A DNA stretch of 64,000 bases from Epiperipatus broadwayi (GCA_028023455.1 JAQFVV010000001.1:23870001-23934000); one strand, 5' to 3'. Shown: positions 13,117 through 27,730, counted from the first letter of the stretch. Translations and numbers: made by a program. The notes: generated by a model from the letters alone, not told the origin.

Positions 13117-14199
13117 TATTTTGTATTGTTTACAAATTTAAAAAAAAAAACAATTAATTAGGAAAAAATGAAAACTACATACACTTACTTAAAATAAAAT
13201 GAACTGAAGCTACATACACTTACTTAAAATAAAATGAACTGAAGTAATTCAGAAGTAGAAATAACTTGGATGAAGCAAAAATGCAATTGAAATCAAAAAC
13301 GTAATTGAAAATCCAAAACGCAATAGCTGTTGTCAGAAAGAAATCTGGACAATAAATAAAAATGTTGAAATATAAAAAAAAAAAAAAAGAACACGTTTTG
13401 ATAAAGAAAAACATGTTTTCATACAAGATTGGATAACATCGCAGAGGTTATTTTGCTTAAATTTGACATGATCAAAAGATTACACATTTATTGCCGATGT
13501 GAAAGGGCATACCATTATCCCTACATTGCAGGACTAATACCTAAGTATTATTAATTGTATATAAGGATGTTATTTGGCCAAATTTACTGAAGATTTTTTA
13601 GTTAAGAATGCCAAATCATTGTAATTCAGAATATTTGGCTTATTGCATTTTATTATACCTGAATTTGGGTAAGAGCATTTCATTCAATTGGGCATGTGAA
13701 AAAAGTGAATAACATACTTATTATATTTTATAGTGAATAGAAACAAGATTTTCATTAGAGTTAAATGCCATTACTTTTCATTTAGAACATGGATAGAATA
13801 TAATTGAAAGTGAAAACTAGGCAAGATATTGAAGTTTTTCATAAAATTTTCTGCAAAAGACAGCATCAAAAGATGTAAATAGACTAAAGGGACAATATGT
13901 GTAGATTTACCAATTAGTTTGTAATTATATCAAACATTTTTTTCCTTCTATTTATATTTATAAAAGACTGCAAATTATTATAATCTTTGATAAGAACATA
14001 ATAAATATAAATTGATAAAATCATTCAAATAGTGGAATTTCTCTTATTCAATTCCATATTTCATTTAAGTTGTTTAAAAGTTAAAATATTTTCTAACAAA
14101 ACACAACTAATATAAATTAAAATATAAAAATGTTACATTATATTTCACAACTTTTTGATGATTTAGATTTATTTTAGCATTTAAGATAACACATTCTAA

Positions 14200-15300
14200 T
14201 ATCTATACACATTTGGATTTAATATTTTTTAAAATTAAGCTATAGTTGTATCGACTCAATGTTTATTGAATCATGATTGAAATGATTTTCAATATTATGC
14301 TGTCTATTAGGAAGTTTATTAGTTTACTGAAAGTTGTATATTATCTTAATTTTATGAAGACATGGCTTATTCCAAATTATAATTCTTAAAACCAGATACC
14401 ATATATTTCATATGGTATAAAACAATGATAAAGTAGCTTTGATAATTAAAGATTCCAGATTCAAAACTTACTATGTCACTTCAGATGCTCAAATATCATA
14501 ATCTCCAGAATAAGTAATCATTTGTTTGATACCACATAGACTTTAGAAGTTTATAATATAAGGAAAATATATTCATCTTACAATCTCAAAATATCAACTT
14601 AGTGATTTGTGTTATGCATACTAATTGTTCTAGTATCTGTGGTTAAATGAATATACTTGGCCTGATCAAAATATAATTTTTGTTTCAAATTATATATGTT
14701 TAGTTTATTGGTTTTCATTGTATATGTAGTATTGAAATAGATCTTTAATAATTTTTCAAATCTTAATCTGATAACTATAAACATAAATTCTCTACTTGAA
14801 TAGGAATTTTTCTCTGGACATATGGTTACTAATGTTTGATAACTTTTTTGTATTAAGTATCTAAAGCAGGCGTAGAATGGTATAATCTTGAACCCCTAAC
14901 TTTCTATAAATCTTATTTCTTAAGAATAAATCTTTCTAAAATGATTTATCATACTCTTTTAGACATGAAGATGTGTTATATCTTTGAGTCATACAAACTC
15001 ATATGTAAAAAGATTTTTATATACTTTAAAATATTTTAATATAATTGGGCTATTGAACATATTTTTCCGATTTATTAATAAAACTATTACTCCCTTTCTG
15101 CCTGAATTGTAATATTATGTATTATGTAATATACATTTTCATTACTATCTCGGCATGTTTATATATATAAAAAGCCATTTCAAAAAAAAGTATTGTATTC
15201 ATTTACTAAACGGGCAAAGAAATATATTCCATTCTCATATTCATTATAGCTCTGAAGCAAATTGAATATTTTATATGCACTTGCAATTTTGTGAGCCATA
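14200..15300 (-). pseudogene. Highly degraded hAT (ZBED-like) transposase relic
   Basis: YIHLTTDTRT (resembles LTTDxWTS), KPCLHKI (resembles CxxH) and TLSRYNYS (resembles TRWNS) occur in the expected order across broken frames. Boundaries approximate. Confidence 0.35.
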
Positions 15301-15994
15301 TTTTTGTGAATTGTACCTATATATTAAAGAACTTAACATCTTATTCTTATGAATCTAAAATTATGCTTTAAAAATAATTTTAATTTAGCTTCAAATAAGA
15401 GCCATCTTATAAACTTTTCAATTGATTAATCTTAAGCTAATAAATTATACATTTTTTTTTTTTACCTATTATATCAATCCAGTTTATTGGTGTGTTATAT
15501 TTTAAAGCCACTTTCTAGTCACTCAAGACTGAGTAGAAAAGGAAAATCAGTATATAATAAAACACTTGCAAGTGAATTATTATTAAAATTGCTATTTTGA
15601 TTATTGTGCAATCTGTCACAGTCATTGCATCATTATACATTTTAAATAATATAACTTTTGAAATAAAATGTCTTTGTCACAATTTTAAATGCCATTTTAT
15701 CCTATGTAAATTTTCAATAAGGTTTTTTGTTTTTAAGAATTGTGGATTTTAAAAAAAAATATTAGATAATTTTTGCATTTGGATTTGCCAAATCTACAAT
15801 AACTCAAAATCCTGAATCTTAAAAAACTTTTAAAATATTTTTTCTTTACAATATTAAACAGATATAAAAATTACTATATTATGTATTTTTAAATTTTTTT
15901 ATTATATATTAATTGGAAAATAAATAATTGCTATTTGAAATGTTTTTTGTATATATTTAAAATAATATTTTACTGAAAGTAATTTTTATTTCAG

Positions 15995-16084
15995 ATTTCT
16001 CAAGTTCGGTTACCATATGCATGTAAATTGTTATTTCAAGAATTGATGTCTATGAATATTGCACCAAGAATGTTTGTACTTTAA
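15995..16084 (+). CDS. POLR2B: RNA polymerase II second-largest subunit, terminal coding exon
   Basis: Acceptor ttttatttcag ends at 15994. The exon reads [29 protein letters not shown] and joins the previous exon in phase 0 (KTQ|ISQ), giving the canonical RPB2 C-terminus. The intron is 7775-15994 (GT...AG). Confidence 0.96.
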   Translation: MSQVRLPYACKLLFQELMSMNIAPRMFVL

Positions 16085-16120
16085 ATTTATTTTATTACAC
16101 ATATGAATGTTTCAAAAGAA

Positions 16121-16126
16121 AATAAA
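16121..16126 (+). promoter_or_regulatory. Candidate polyadenylation signal for RPB2
   Basis: AATAAA about 37 nt after the stop codon. Weak evidence because the hexamer is common in AT-rich DNA. Confidence 0.3.
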
Positions 16127-18249
16127 AGAAAAATATTTTGCATTGTAAACTTTTGTAATATGTTTTAATTAAAGGTATTTTTTAAATTTATATCTCATTC
16201 AGTAAATTGTCATTTTTTTAAAAAAGAAAAGATTAACTTATAGATTCAATAGGAATAGAAGTAATACCTTTCTCATCAGTAATAAAGGCTGCATATATTA
16301 CATGATTAAAACATAGTGCTATATAAATAAATAACTCATTATATATGTAATATAATTAACTTTACAGTCAACTTATCTAATCAATCCAGATTCTGGAACC
16401 TTTATTGTCTACTTAATAACTAAATATCCTATTTATTGACAAATACAGAATGGCTAGATGTGCATTCTAACCATATATCATAGCAATTAGATGCACTTAG
16501 AAGATCCTTCCAATTGTCAAATAGCATAATAAGCCACTAACAATATGTGTAGATTTTTATCTCCAAGGCCACTTGGGAGTATTTGTAAAGAAATTTAAAA
16601 TAAACACTTGTGTTTGAATTTTGTTCAAACATTAGCACATTTTTAAATGTAATATTAAAAATGAATAAAATAATATCCATATTCTCAAAATAAATATTTT
16701 GTTTTCTTTTCTGTGGACTTTTTGAATAACATGGTTAAGTATTTTGAAAAAGCTGAAATATTGCAAATTGAAAGAAAATCATGTTATTATAAATCAATTG
16801 CAAAGTTGAGAATATAAATCTTAAATTTGGGTGAAAAAAATCCATTTTTCTCATTAACATAATATAAAAATTTAAACAATCACGATTAAGACACATTCCC
16901 AAGATTAAAAATTTTAATTAAAGTTTAAAAATATTTGCTAGATGTGGATTTAAATAATCTATGTTAAACAAAAGATATCAGCAAAACAAAGTATGCAAAT
17001 TTCTAAGTTAGCTAAACAGTTAAATTAATATTTAAAACTACAACATTTATTGACAACAATGTTATTGTAAAAACAAATATATTCAGAGCAGCTTTAAAAA
17101 CAACCACTTCTCTTAATGCATTTTTCACAATCCTTTATTTAATTTTCTATGAGTTTTGACTGCCTAGCAGCCTTTTTTTAGATATAACAAATCTCCATTT
17201 GAATATTATGCAAAGTATATAAGGGAAATATGTTTTTTTTTTTTAAAGTTTAATAATATGACCAATACCATAAGTGGAAAGAATTTTGAGCATCTTGGAA
17301 GTGTACTCAGATAAATATGGAAATCATTAACATAAATTGAAGAAAAGCAACATCTAAATAACCCACTAAATTGCAAAAGATTTAAACAAACTTCCAAAGC
17401 AGTGTGAAAAGAGAATATCATTCTTCAATCCAACTACTAGATGATGAAAATTGTTCGAATTTATACTCATTTTATTATCTGAAATTGATATTCATTTACT
17501 GAATAATTTGGATGGCTAAGAATCAGTAATCTGAAGAAAAAAAACTAAGATTGTTAGAAAGTTGGAATACTAAATGAACAAAATCATAGCCAATATACAC
17601 ATTTTTAGTTTTAAGAAACAATATTCAAATGTAATTTTATAAAATATATCAACACACACACAAATATCTACAATTAATTTATTTGTATCTAATTATTTTA
17701 ATCTCTTATTAACCTGAATAAAAAGATCTATCCAAAAATTGATGGTTTGAACAATTTCAAATACATCTAAAGTATACATATCTCACCTACTATATCAGCT
17801 ATGGTAAACCTATGGCTATGTCAGAGATACCATGTAAGAAAATTCTGGTGGCACATATAAACTATTACTAGCCTATATTTTATTAAAATTATTTGTTAAT
17901 AATTATGAAATTGACAAAAATTCATTTTCCTCATTGCAAGGCAGCTTTATAATAGATAAATTTTCCCATCCATCTCTAATCACACATTTATGTGTTAGTG
18001 ACCAGCAATACCCCACATGGTATGTTGGCAGCGCATTATTTGTGCACAAATGTACCAAGCATAATATAGAAACTGACACTGATGTGAATGCATTTTAAAG
18101 TAATTATGTTTATAAATAAATTTTTGTCATTATTTTTTTGCTGTTCTATCATCCAGTGCAAATAAAAATTATTTGAAAAAAAAAAACTAAGAGAATTCTA
18201 AGATTGTGGAGGGGATGGCATGATTAAGAAGAGCAATAAAACAATTGTG

Positions 18250-19300
18250 TTTTATAGTTCAGGATAGTAATATGCAGAATCTTGTCAGTAAAATAGTATC
18301 CTAAAATAAAGCCGAAATCTCTTCTTGATAAAAGAACAAAGGAGAATGTATTGTATAGGTCTTAAAAATAGAGATGTTCTGCTAAAGTCCCTAATTAAAT
18401 ATACTGGCAAGCAGACACATATAACCCCTGCTATATATTCTCAAATATAATAGTCAAATAAGGGAAACCATTTGGCGGTGCAGAATATCTAAAAGAGCAT
18501 GTGCTTAAAATGTATATCGGTTCTTTTTGAAAATAAAAAAGTATTCAAAGAATAAAAGACGAGCCTTTGGCTAAAATTACCGTAAACGACAGAATCTTTG
18601 AAATGGTTAAAAATATAGCTCATCTACAAAAAAAATAGATAAAATTTTCCAGTTTCGTTTTGATGAAATTATTGTCACAAATGAATCAGCTCATTTAGTT
18701 ATTTTTATGGGTTATATTGGAAATAATTTCAAGGAAGAATTAATCAGTTTATCATCATTAGCAACAACAACAAAAAATAGATATTTACATGCAGTTGTAG
18801 ATTATATCATTAACAATGATAGTGATCACAATTGGCCAGAAAATGATTTTAATTTATTTAACAAACATATTGGACATGTAGTTTTGGATTTTTACTGCTT
18901 TTTATACAAAAGCAGATTTTATGGGCTAAAATTAGATTCAAAATACTAAAAAATATCAGCTTTGTAATAAAATTAGCCAGTTTCTGTATGCAATTACTGG
19001 AATTGTTAAATGAAGTATTATTATATACAATAATGTCTGATGATTAAGTCATGAAAAAAGTCTTCAAAGATTTGTTGAATGGTTAAAGGAAACTAATGAG
19101 ATCATCTAACAATACAATCAATTAATGGATGTCAAATGGCTTTCGAAAGCAATGTTTTTTTTTTTTTTTACCGTTTGTGCTTCCACTTAAGTTGTTAACA
19201 AAAAATTGTCATGTTTTGATTTAATCAAAGCATTTGAAGCTAAATTATTAAATTTTTAATTGCGGCACTATTTTCAAATACATTTTCCAATACAAAAATA
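18250..19300 (+). pseudogene. Degraded hAT transposase of the Buster/SPIN (ZBED5/GTF2IRD2-like) group
   Basis: In order: GKPFGGAEYLKEH (resembles KPFxDGExxKE), PLAKITVNDRI (resembles LSxxTVxRRI), FDEIIVTNESAHLVIF (resembles LDESTDxxxxAQL), KEELISLSSLATTTK (ORF 18707-18949) and VKWLS (resembles VRWLS). Confidence 0.6.
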
Positions 19301-19899
19301 ATTTTTGCAGTATACAATCTCATAAGAAACCAAATCAAAATAAATTGGCACAATATTTTTTTTTACTGTAATTTAATTGATGATCAATAAATTTTTTTCA
19401 AGATTTATGCAGTTGAGCAATTTAAAGCAGCACCAAATTTTATTATATATATTCAGAGACAACACTAGCAGATAAAACTCAATTTGGATAATATATAATT
19501 GCAATTTACTGATCTTCAGTCGTTCTATATGAAAATTGTTAATTTGAGAAATGATTTGCAAATGAAGAAAGTGATTGGACAGTTATAATAAAATAAAATA
19601 AAAATACATAAAATATTAATTTGTAATGCTATTTGAGGAACCTTCAGTTGTTAAAAATACTAGTGACAGCTATATATTTTTCAGAAAATAATTTTTTTTA
19701 ATCAGAAGATAATCAGCTTTTGGCATGCAGTTCAATCATGTTACTAACTTATCAATGTTATTGCAAGTATGCAGGACCCTCTCAAATCCAGATGCAAGAT
19801 AGACTTTAAAAGAACCATCTTATCTTTGCACCTAAATGTACTTATATAGGCTAATCAAAAGCATTTCAGAATTAATGCATGATAACTTTTAAGTCCATT

Positions 19900-22800
19900 A
19901 CATCATTAATTTATAGTTAAACCCAGCACAATTTTCAAATTTATGGCTGGTAAATATTACAATCAATTTGATATAATTTTTTAAGTGCAGCTTTCATTAG
20001 CAATTCTTAATCAGCCTTGTAAAAACAACAAATTCATTCAAATCTTTTCTAAATATCATTCTCAAAATTATTCCAAATCCAACCATTCTTTAATTCCATG
20101 ATAAGTGTCTATTTTTATTCCAAATTTTCTTGTTATTCAATAATCTTCATATTATTTATTGCCCAGTAATTTCTGTCTTGGCCTTGGATTATTTGTTTAC
20201 ATTTATTTAACCTCAATCTAAACATTCTATAAAACTATTTATTCAAGAGGATACCTCTTAGAATTATAACCCAAAATTGGTTTGCATTTGTAAGATTTTG
20301 ATAAAAAGCCACTAATTATTAATTGACATAGTGCATGAAAATCCCTCCCCCCCATTTGTTTCTCTAGTATAATCCTTTTACAGATTAAGGCTAACCAGTT
20401 TTATATTTCACAAACAAGTTTTTCTAAATTTGACATTAAAATAAAAATAATCAATTGGCTTTAATGCTTGGAAGTTTACAAAAGTCTGAGCACTGGAGAT
20501 GCTTGAATTAGAAATGATCCATGGCTTTTAATTCCAGTCCGACATTGAAAAAATTTCATTTTTTAAACAATATCTACTATTCTAATTATCTTAACAAAAT
20601 TTAGTTTAACTATTACTGCAGAAAAAACTCTTAAAAAATTGCTAATAACTTTTAAGTATATGCATATATATTTATCATGTATTTCATGTAATGTACACCA
20701 GATACCGTATACATTACAATAAAAATACGAGCACTTGATTACAAGAAATTTTAATGATTTAAGTATCCGATGCCTATGAATATGATTACCTGTTAGTTCA
20801 CGATTTTAGAGTACAAAATTATCAATAGATAAATTATGCTTTACTTTGAGTTAAGAAGTTAATCAAAATCAAACTATTTATGAAGTTTACCTACAAGTAG
20901 GTGTCAGAAATAGCGTTAATTACTTTTAAAACATATAACTAAGTATAATCACTACAAAAAAAGTATGTGTAAGACAAACATGGTATTCATTCTACATACT
21001 ACACCCACTCTGCATTTCACGTGGAAATTGTTAATTTAAATCTAAATTTGTATTAACAAATTATACAATGGTAAAATAATTTAAAATTCAAATGCTATAA
21101 ACTAATAACTCAAAAGTTGTAAATTATTCTGGTAGTTATTTTTAAAATCCAATCTAGATAAGACTTAAAAACATTCGTAATTTAACCCCCCCCTCCATAT
21201 AAATGATTTGTCTAAAGGTTTTGCAATACAAAAGATTGATACATTAGTCTGTTTGCTGGTAGCGCAATTGTCCTCAAAGCTGTAAATTGTTAATAAATAC
21301 AAATGAATCTGCTTAGCTTAACTGTTAATATATTTTTTTTCGTAATTCCCAGTTGCAGTAGTTAGAAAAATCCAAGACTCAAGATCATGAATTCTCATCA
21401 ATGTTGAATTAACCACTTGCCTCTGAAACCCTGTGGATAATTTATCCCAGTAATACTTGTATAGATGTAGACATAAAAATTCAGCGAGTTCTCAATCCAT
21501 AAAATGCAGATTTTGAAAAATCCATAAACTTTCTTCGGTTCCGAATTCAGGCCATAAAAATTATATATTTATTGTTTTCTAGCAACTATTATTGACAATT
21601 CAGTACCAATGCAATATTTATTTGCATGGACTTTTTTAAGTTGTCATTTTTATTTTATCTTTAAGGCTTTGTTCCAACCTTATGATTCTGTAAGTTCAGA
21701 TATTTTTGTTTTTTATTAACTGGATTTTACCAATTTAAGTTTCAAGCAAGCAGAGAAGTCAATTTATATTATTTTTTCTCTCAACCACTCCTTTCTCCCA
21801 GCAGCATTAAAAAGTGCCACTATTTGTTCATAACAATACATTTACTGATCAACTCGATAAAAAATTTTTCTCATGTGTCATAGAATCAGCCGGGTACCGA
21901 ACTCGCTATCCCGGGACTTCTTGTAAAGCAGCTGTCCCTAACCTCTCGACCACCAAAGCTTGATAATTTGTAGCAGAGAAGCTATCCAGTTTCATTTCTG
22001 CCAAATCTAAGGGAATATACAAAGCTTTAAAATCATTTACTATTTGCATAATGCACTGGAAACTTTTATCTGTTTATTAAAAGGTCATTTATAGGTAGTT
22101 TTTTTTCAAGTAGACATTTCAATTTCTTAATAAAATTCATTTATTCAGTTTTTAAGAATTAACAAAAGTGCACACATATCACATTTTTAAAAATTAAACC
22201 GTAAGTTTCAATTTAAAATGAAGTAAAAATAATATATCGGCAAAAGTCAGTCATTTTTAAGTTTCCTATTCTACAATAAAAATTGACAATTTTACAATTA
22301 ACAATGTTTTCTCACATTGACTAGAAATTTGCATATTCAACAACTTAAAACTGATTTTGCTATTGTAGAGCTGTAGGATTTAGAGGCTATGTTTTCTCCT
22401 AGTGATAGTAGTTGTAATCACAGAAAATTTTTTTTGTTTCTTCACAAATTGTCTATAATTTATTTGGTCTTCTGAACAGAACTGAATGAATTTTTAGTAT
22501 GGTACATTGTCAACTGGTAATTTTACCAAATGTTAATGGTTAAGTTTTCAATCCATTTTTGTTAGTAAAAATCATTTTCAAGATTAACAAGTACGTTATT
22601 AAACAAAATAAAAGTTCCAGCCTGCACACTTTTCCAAAAATTATCTGTATTTTTTGACTTCACATTTATATAATTACTAGATATATGAGAATACACATCT
22701 TTATTTTTCAGAAATTGATTTTCATATCTATCTTATAGACATTCATAAAATTAGGCCAATTATATGACTGATACAATGTAAAGTTAATAACTGCATAGCT

Positions 22801-23000
22801 AATAAAACTCTTAATGAAGATGAATCCAGACTAATTCTAATGGATGTTATACCTACATTTTTTTTTGTTGCACGATTACAGTAAATATTTGTATGCAATC
22901 GTTTTGTAGAATTACTTTTTATATTCCAGGTACATTCTATCCAACAAAATAAAATTTTTTCCTTAAAATGAAAGTATGGCAGGATAATAGGAAAAACATT
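19900..23000 (-). mobile_element. Probable heavily degraded non-LTR retrotransposon (LINE ORF2) interrupted by SINE copies
   Basis: ORF 22743-23099 has CWIECTWNIKSN, resembling the AP-endonuclease xETW motif. Downstream sequence looks like broken coding DNA. No intact YADD motif seen. Confidence 0.3.
21875..21961 (-). mobile_element. Short tRNA-derived SINE copy
   Basis: Reverse complement aagctttggtggtcgagaggttagggacagctgctttacaagaagtcccgggatagcgagttcggtacccggctgattctatgacac is homologous to 23004-23078 and 30072-30153, with A-box-like and B-box-like segments. Confidence 0.6.
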
Positions 23001-23003
23001 GTT

Positions 23004-23078
23004 AAGCATTGGTGGCCAAGTGGTCAGCACAGCTGCCCAGTTTGTCCTGGATTCGCTTCCCAGCCGATGCTTTGACAT
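23004..23078 (+). mobile_element. Short tRNA-derived SINE copy
   Basis: A box TGGCCAAGTGG (23013-23023), B-box-like GGATTCGCTTCC (23049-23060) and shared tail gccgatgctttgaca followed by an A-rich tract. Confidence 0.65.
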
Positions 23079-24376
23079 ATGTAAAAAAAAATTCTGCATT
23101 CCACTTCTTTCTAAAATAGCCTTAAGACTGAATCTGCCATTTTCCTATCTATGATTACAGATACCTATATGGAAATTGTTTTGGCTCAGGGGCCACCTTG
23201 TGGAAGTGAAGGATTGCACCTTTTTTTCATGACACAATACACTGCTTTATTCCCTGTATTACCAAATAAATATTTGTTTGCCCATTCTTCATTAAACACA
23301 CAACATTCATCACCGATTTTACATTTTTTCAGAGGGTTTATTGTTTCACTAAAGTTGGAAATGTGTATACACCTTTACCACACTTAGCGATGGCAAATGG
23401 TCCTCCAAAACTCATCGTTAAGCAAGAATATCATATATATAATACGTATTTATAATGGAGGTCTATGGGAAAAAAATTGGTCAATTCCAGTCGACAGAAA
23501 ATATTCACATTGGTTTCCAAGTTCAAAGATTTTCTTAATTTTTTTATGACAATGATGACTAAATACGGTATCTAAAAAGGAAAGTTTTATATCACTAGGA
23601 AAAAAAAATGCATATTTTCACTGTTTAAAAAGTACAGTTCAACAAAAAGAGAAAGTGAAACTAAATTTGAATTTAAGAGTTTTTATATTCTTCCGCAGAA
23701 GTTTTTCATCGTAATGAAAAAAAATCCATACTGATGTACATTTTTTTAAAATTTGTATTACAGTACATATTACTGTACATTTATGTTTATTACTTATGTG
23801 AAATTATTCAAATTAAAAACAATGTTTAATTATAAATTATTTAATTGAACATAAAGACTTATTTATTACTGTACAAGTAAATCGGTCAACTTTAGAAAAA
23901 AAATTCAACTTATTTTAAGAGGAAAAAAACCCAATTGTACTAATTTTCTAAAAACATATGCTAAGTTTATTTTTCTTTTATTTTATATTTGCTATAAGTC
24001 AATTGTTGGAATCTTAATAAATACTGTACAGTATTTTTAGTAATCTAATAGTGCCCCCTTCCCTTCTTGTAGAAAGAAATTCATTAACATTTATTTTAAA
24101 TACAGTTCAATTTGTTTTTCTTTTTAAACTTTTCTAATTCCACATTTGCATATTAAAATGTTTTTCTTTTGATTTGAAACAACTTGAGTGTAAACAACAT
24201 GTTTGTTAACGAAGTTACAAAATCAATAACTATTTTTACATAATTATCCAGGTGTTCTAAAAATAATATATCGTAAATAAGAAACACACCCACGCAGTTT
24301 AATATTCATATTTAGTGTTTTCCTGAAAGTTTGTGATGGTAGTATTTTAGTTGGAGTATTTCATCATCTAATATAT

Positions 24377-24475
24377 GTGTTGAATGTCTTTAGAAAAATT
24401 AAACTTTATTTAAATAATCCAAGTACTGTACATTATATTTAAATAAAGTTTAATTTTTCTAAAGACATTCAACAC
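24377..24475. repeat. Perfect 40-bp inverted repeat with 19-nt spacer
   Basis: gtgttgaatgtctttagaaaaattaaactttatttaaata (24377-24416) is the exact reverse complement of 24436-24475. Confidence 0.92.
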
Positions 24476-27022
24476 TTATATGTATTGTACCGGTCGAAAA
24501 ATACACATCGATCCAACAAACCTCTGAATACAGGTAAAGTACCTTGAGTCCGACCATGTACAAGATATATAAATCAGGTACACGGTGAATTCTGCCCTAT
24601 TTACCTATATCCCCAGGTCAAAGATCTAATCAATAGCCTTTCTCGATGATACGATCGAATTCCTTTACTTTCACTGTGCCGGCAAACATCTGCCTAACGC
24701 ACATATATAAGAATGACTATTTTAATGAATTCTTTATACAAGATTTAAAAAAAAACATTTCTATCGAAAAAAAAACATTAATTGAATAGACGATTATAAG
24801 AAGACTAATTTGACGTCTTACTCCACTAACAGATAAAAAAAATTGATTTCATTTCTCTTTAAAAAAATAATAATTTAGATTTTCAATAACTAATGTTTTA
24901 TGACATTAGTGGACCTTGCTGGGATAGCTTATAAATAACTATAAAATTGTAAGTGGTTATAAAAAAATAGATCAATTAATTATCAAGCAAACGAGCTACT
25001 TTTAGTTGGACTTACAACTAAAATCAAACCTATAAGAATTATAACGTAAATTAGCCAAAACCAAACAATTTTAACTAATTACAAAAACAAATAAGTTGAT
25101 TACTCAGATCAAAGATCCTTTTGTAGAATCAATTCCCTATGGCTTACGTATTAGATAGGCAAAAGAAAAACACAACAATGTCAGGTTAATAAATATATGA
25201 ATGTAAAGGAGAAAAGCATAAGAACATAGGGCCAGATTAGACACTCGTATGCCTATTCCAACAAAGAATATAAAGGGAAATCGATACGTCCACCTGTCAT
25301 GTCCATATACCGACAGGAGATAGGACTTACAGAGAACCAACATGCTTGCCTCTACGAGTATCATGCTAGCTAACCCACTCTATCTCAAACCACGCTATCC
25401 GATTTATAAACGTATGCAAAAGCGGAAGCTAACTCCGAACCACCAAATCAATGACCGTTTTAGGTCTGTTCATGATACTCTAAGCATTCTTTATTAACCC
25501 GAGATATTATAATTAAATAGGAACGAATTATAATTAAATAGCCTTAAAATGATTTAATACTACATAGAGATCAACCTGCGTAACCAACTATTTTATATAA
25601 ATATTTAACCTAAAAAAAACATACATATAGAAATAAGGAAAATTCTCAAAAAAATCCCCCCTTCCCTAACTTAAAAAAAAGGCAAGATAATTAACTGACG
25701 CTATCCAGCGGCGCTGTTACTAGGTCAAAAATCTATAGCATATTTTGTTTTGAATTACAGAAATATAAAATAATAGAATCCCATTCTGGAAAATCTATAA
25801 TAATAATAAAAAAAACTGTTTAAAAAAATACGGAATGTTTATTGACATATATATATTCGACATAACTTCACTTGCAAAATAAAAAGATTAAAATTACTTT
25901 ATTTTAAAATTAAATCGTTCTTTGTTAAAATTCCCTTTCCCTAATAAAACAATTTGCTTTCTTAGTGAACTACGCTCTTTGGACCCCGTGAGTGAAGTTT
26001 GTCAAAATAAAAGCATGAAATATCATACTTTAATTAATAAACAAAACAAATAAATATTTTCATATTCAACAATTAAAAATTGTTGTGAGCTTGAGTTATT
26101 AAAAAGAAAAACATTATAAATAATTTAAAAGAAAAGGTTAAAAAGACAGTAAAAAAAAATTCTTAATAACATTAACTTTTGACATTTTTTTAAAGCTTTA
26201 CGAAACTACATTTATATTCTAATGATGATTTTTAAAATCTTGACAACAGGATTTAAGCTCTTTGGCATTTTACCTGGAGTTCCCCGGTATGAGTGCACGG
26301 GTGAACGTTGATGGCTGGTGGCATTTGAAGGCAGGTTTGGACAGCAGCATAATGGAAGATTTTAGGTCTCAGGAAGGAAAGGGCAGGTGATTTACCCATT
26401 TTACTCCTTGATCATCGTGGCGTGATTTCTTTTACAACTCTCTTTCTGTCTGTTCTCTGGTTTCAAAAGGACCACTTTCCTGCTGCCTCAGGTGATCTTT
26501 TAGAAACAATAGAAATTGTTTTTATTCTAATTTTAGAAAGTTTGTACTTCGATAATGATCAATATAATTTTGTTAGGTTTTAATTTAGATAACAATGTAG
26601 AATCTCTACTAATTAATGAATAGAGATTCCACAGTGAAAGGATTTTGGTAATTTATCAGTGCTTTTAATTTAAACATTTATTTTAAACTTCTAGAGGTAC
26701 AAATCTTTCAGAAAAGGCCATCTTAGATTCTTATACCGAAAAAAATAAAACATTTTAAACATATATATATAAATTCAAAGTTAATTATTTGAATCTTTTT
26801 CTTTTAATAATAAAAATAGAATAAGTGTGTTAGTACAATTATATATATATGATCCAAAAAAAAATTTAGGATTTATTCAGGATAGTTAAAAAAATGTTAA
26901 AATATTTTTTTAGAATTAAAAAAAACAAATGTTAGTAAAATAAACAATTAGGTGGGTCAGACTGTGAACGGCAAATCTGAATCAGATTTACCATTTCAGT
27001 ATTATAAACAAATTAAAAATCC

Positions 27023-27262
27023 TTTTCAAAAACTTTTTATCTCAATACTAAACATATATACTGTACATACAGTATTTATATAATACAAAACTCCAACTGT
27101 TTATCTTCAGTCATTTTCAAGGATATCTCTCTCCCACTGCTATATTTTACTACTTTCTTTTACATTAATTACAAATCAACATTGAAATGTTGGAGTTTGG
27201 TGTTATATAAATATATATACTGCATATGTTCAGTATTGAGATAAGAAAATAGTTTTTGAAAA
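27023..27262. mobile_element. MITE-like element with ~75-bp imperfect terminal inverted repeats
   Basis: Left ttttcaaaaac..atctcaatactaaacatat..tatttatataatacaaaactccaac pairs with right gttggagtttggtgttatataaata..atatgttcagtattgagat..gtttttgaaaa. Confidence 0.7.
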
Positions 27263-27549
27263 AAAAAAGGGTTGATATTATTGTAGAACATATATATTTT
27301 AACAGAAAAAGTGGATGAACATTTGCTGTTATTATATATGATGTATACAGTATTATAGATTTAGTAATTATAGCTATTTTAAGTTTAAACGTTCTATATG
27401 CAAAATACTGAATGCAGATCTAATATTGTTTTATGAATAAAATATTGTATGTGTATACAATTACAGCAAAGTCATTACCTGTATACATATTACAATAATA
27501 TATTTTTGCTTTTGGGTAAAATGAATTTAATATATATATATATATTCTC

Positions 27550-27730
27550 TGACGTCATTAGGGACGCAAAATTTAAGATGGCTGCCAACCCCCCCCCCCC
27601 GATCGTTATAGTGAAAAATCGATTGTAAATCATAGTGGGTACAAATTGATGAAATATCGCTAAATAGTCAATCGCTAAGTGGGGTATAGGTGTATTTGCT
27701 AATGCAAAGACAAAATTGAAATTAACCAAT
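27550..27730. promoter_or_regulatory. Promoter-like motif cluster (CRE, YY1-like, CCAAT); may be TE-derived
   Basis: TGACGTCA 27550-27557, AAGATGGCTGCC 27575-27586 and CCAAT 27726-27730 in a locally CpG-richer patch. No linked gene was established. Confidence 0.25.

Noticed and set aside
19037-19070. CTGATGA...GAAA...GTC hammerhead-like string
   Set aside because: No pairable stem I or stem II, and it lies within the hAT transposase relic.
24480-25740. LTR-like CpG-richer block
   Set aside because: No TG...CA boundaries with TSD, no PBS or PPT, and no second copy in the window.
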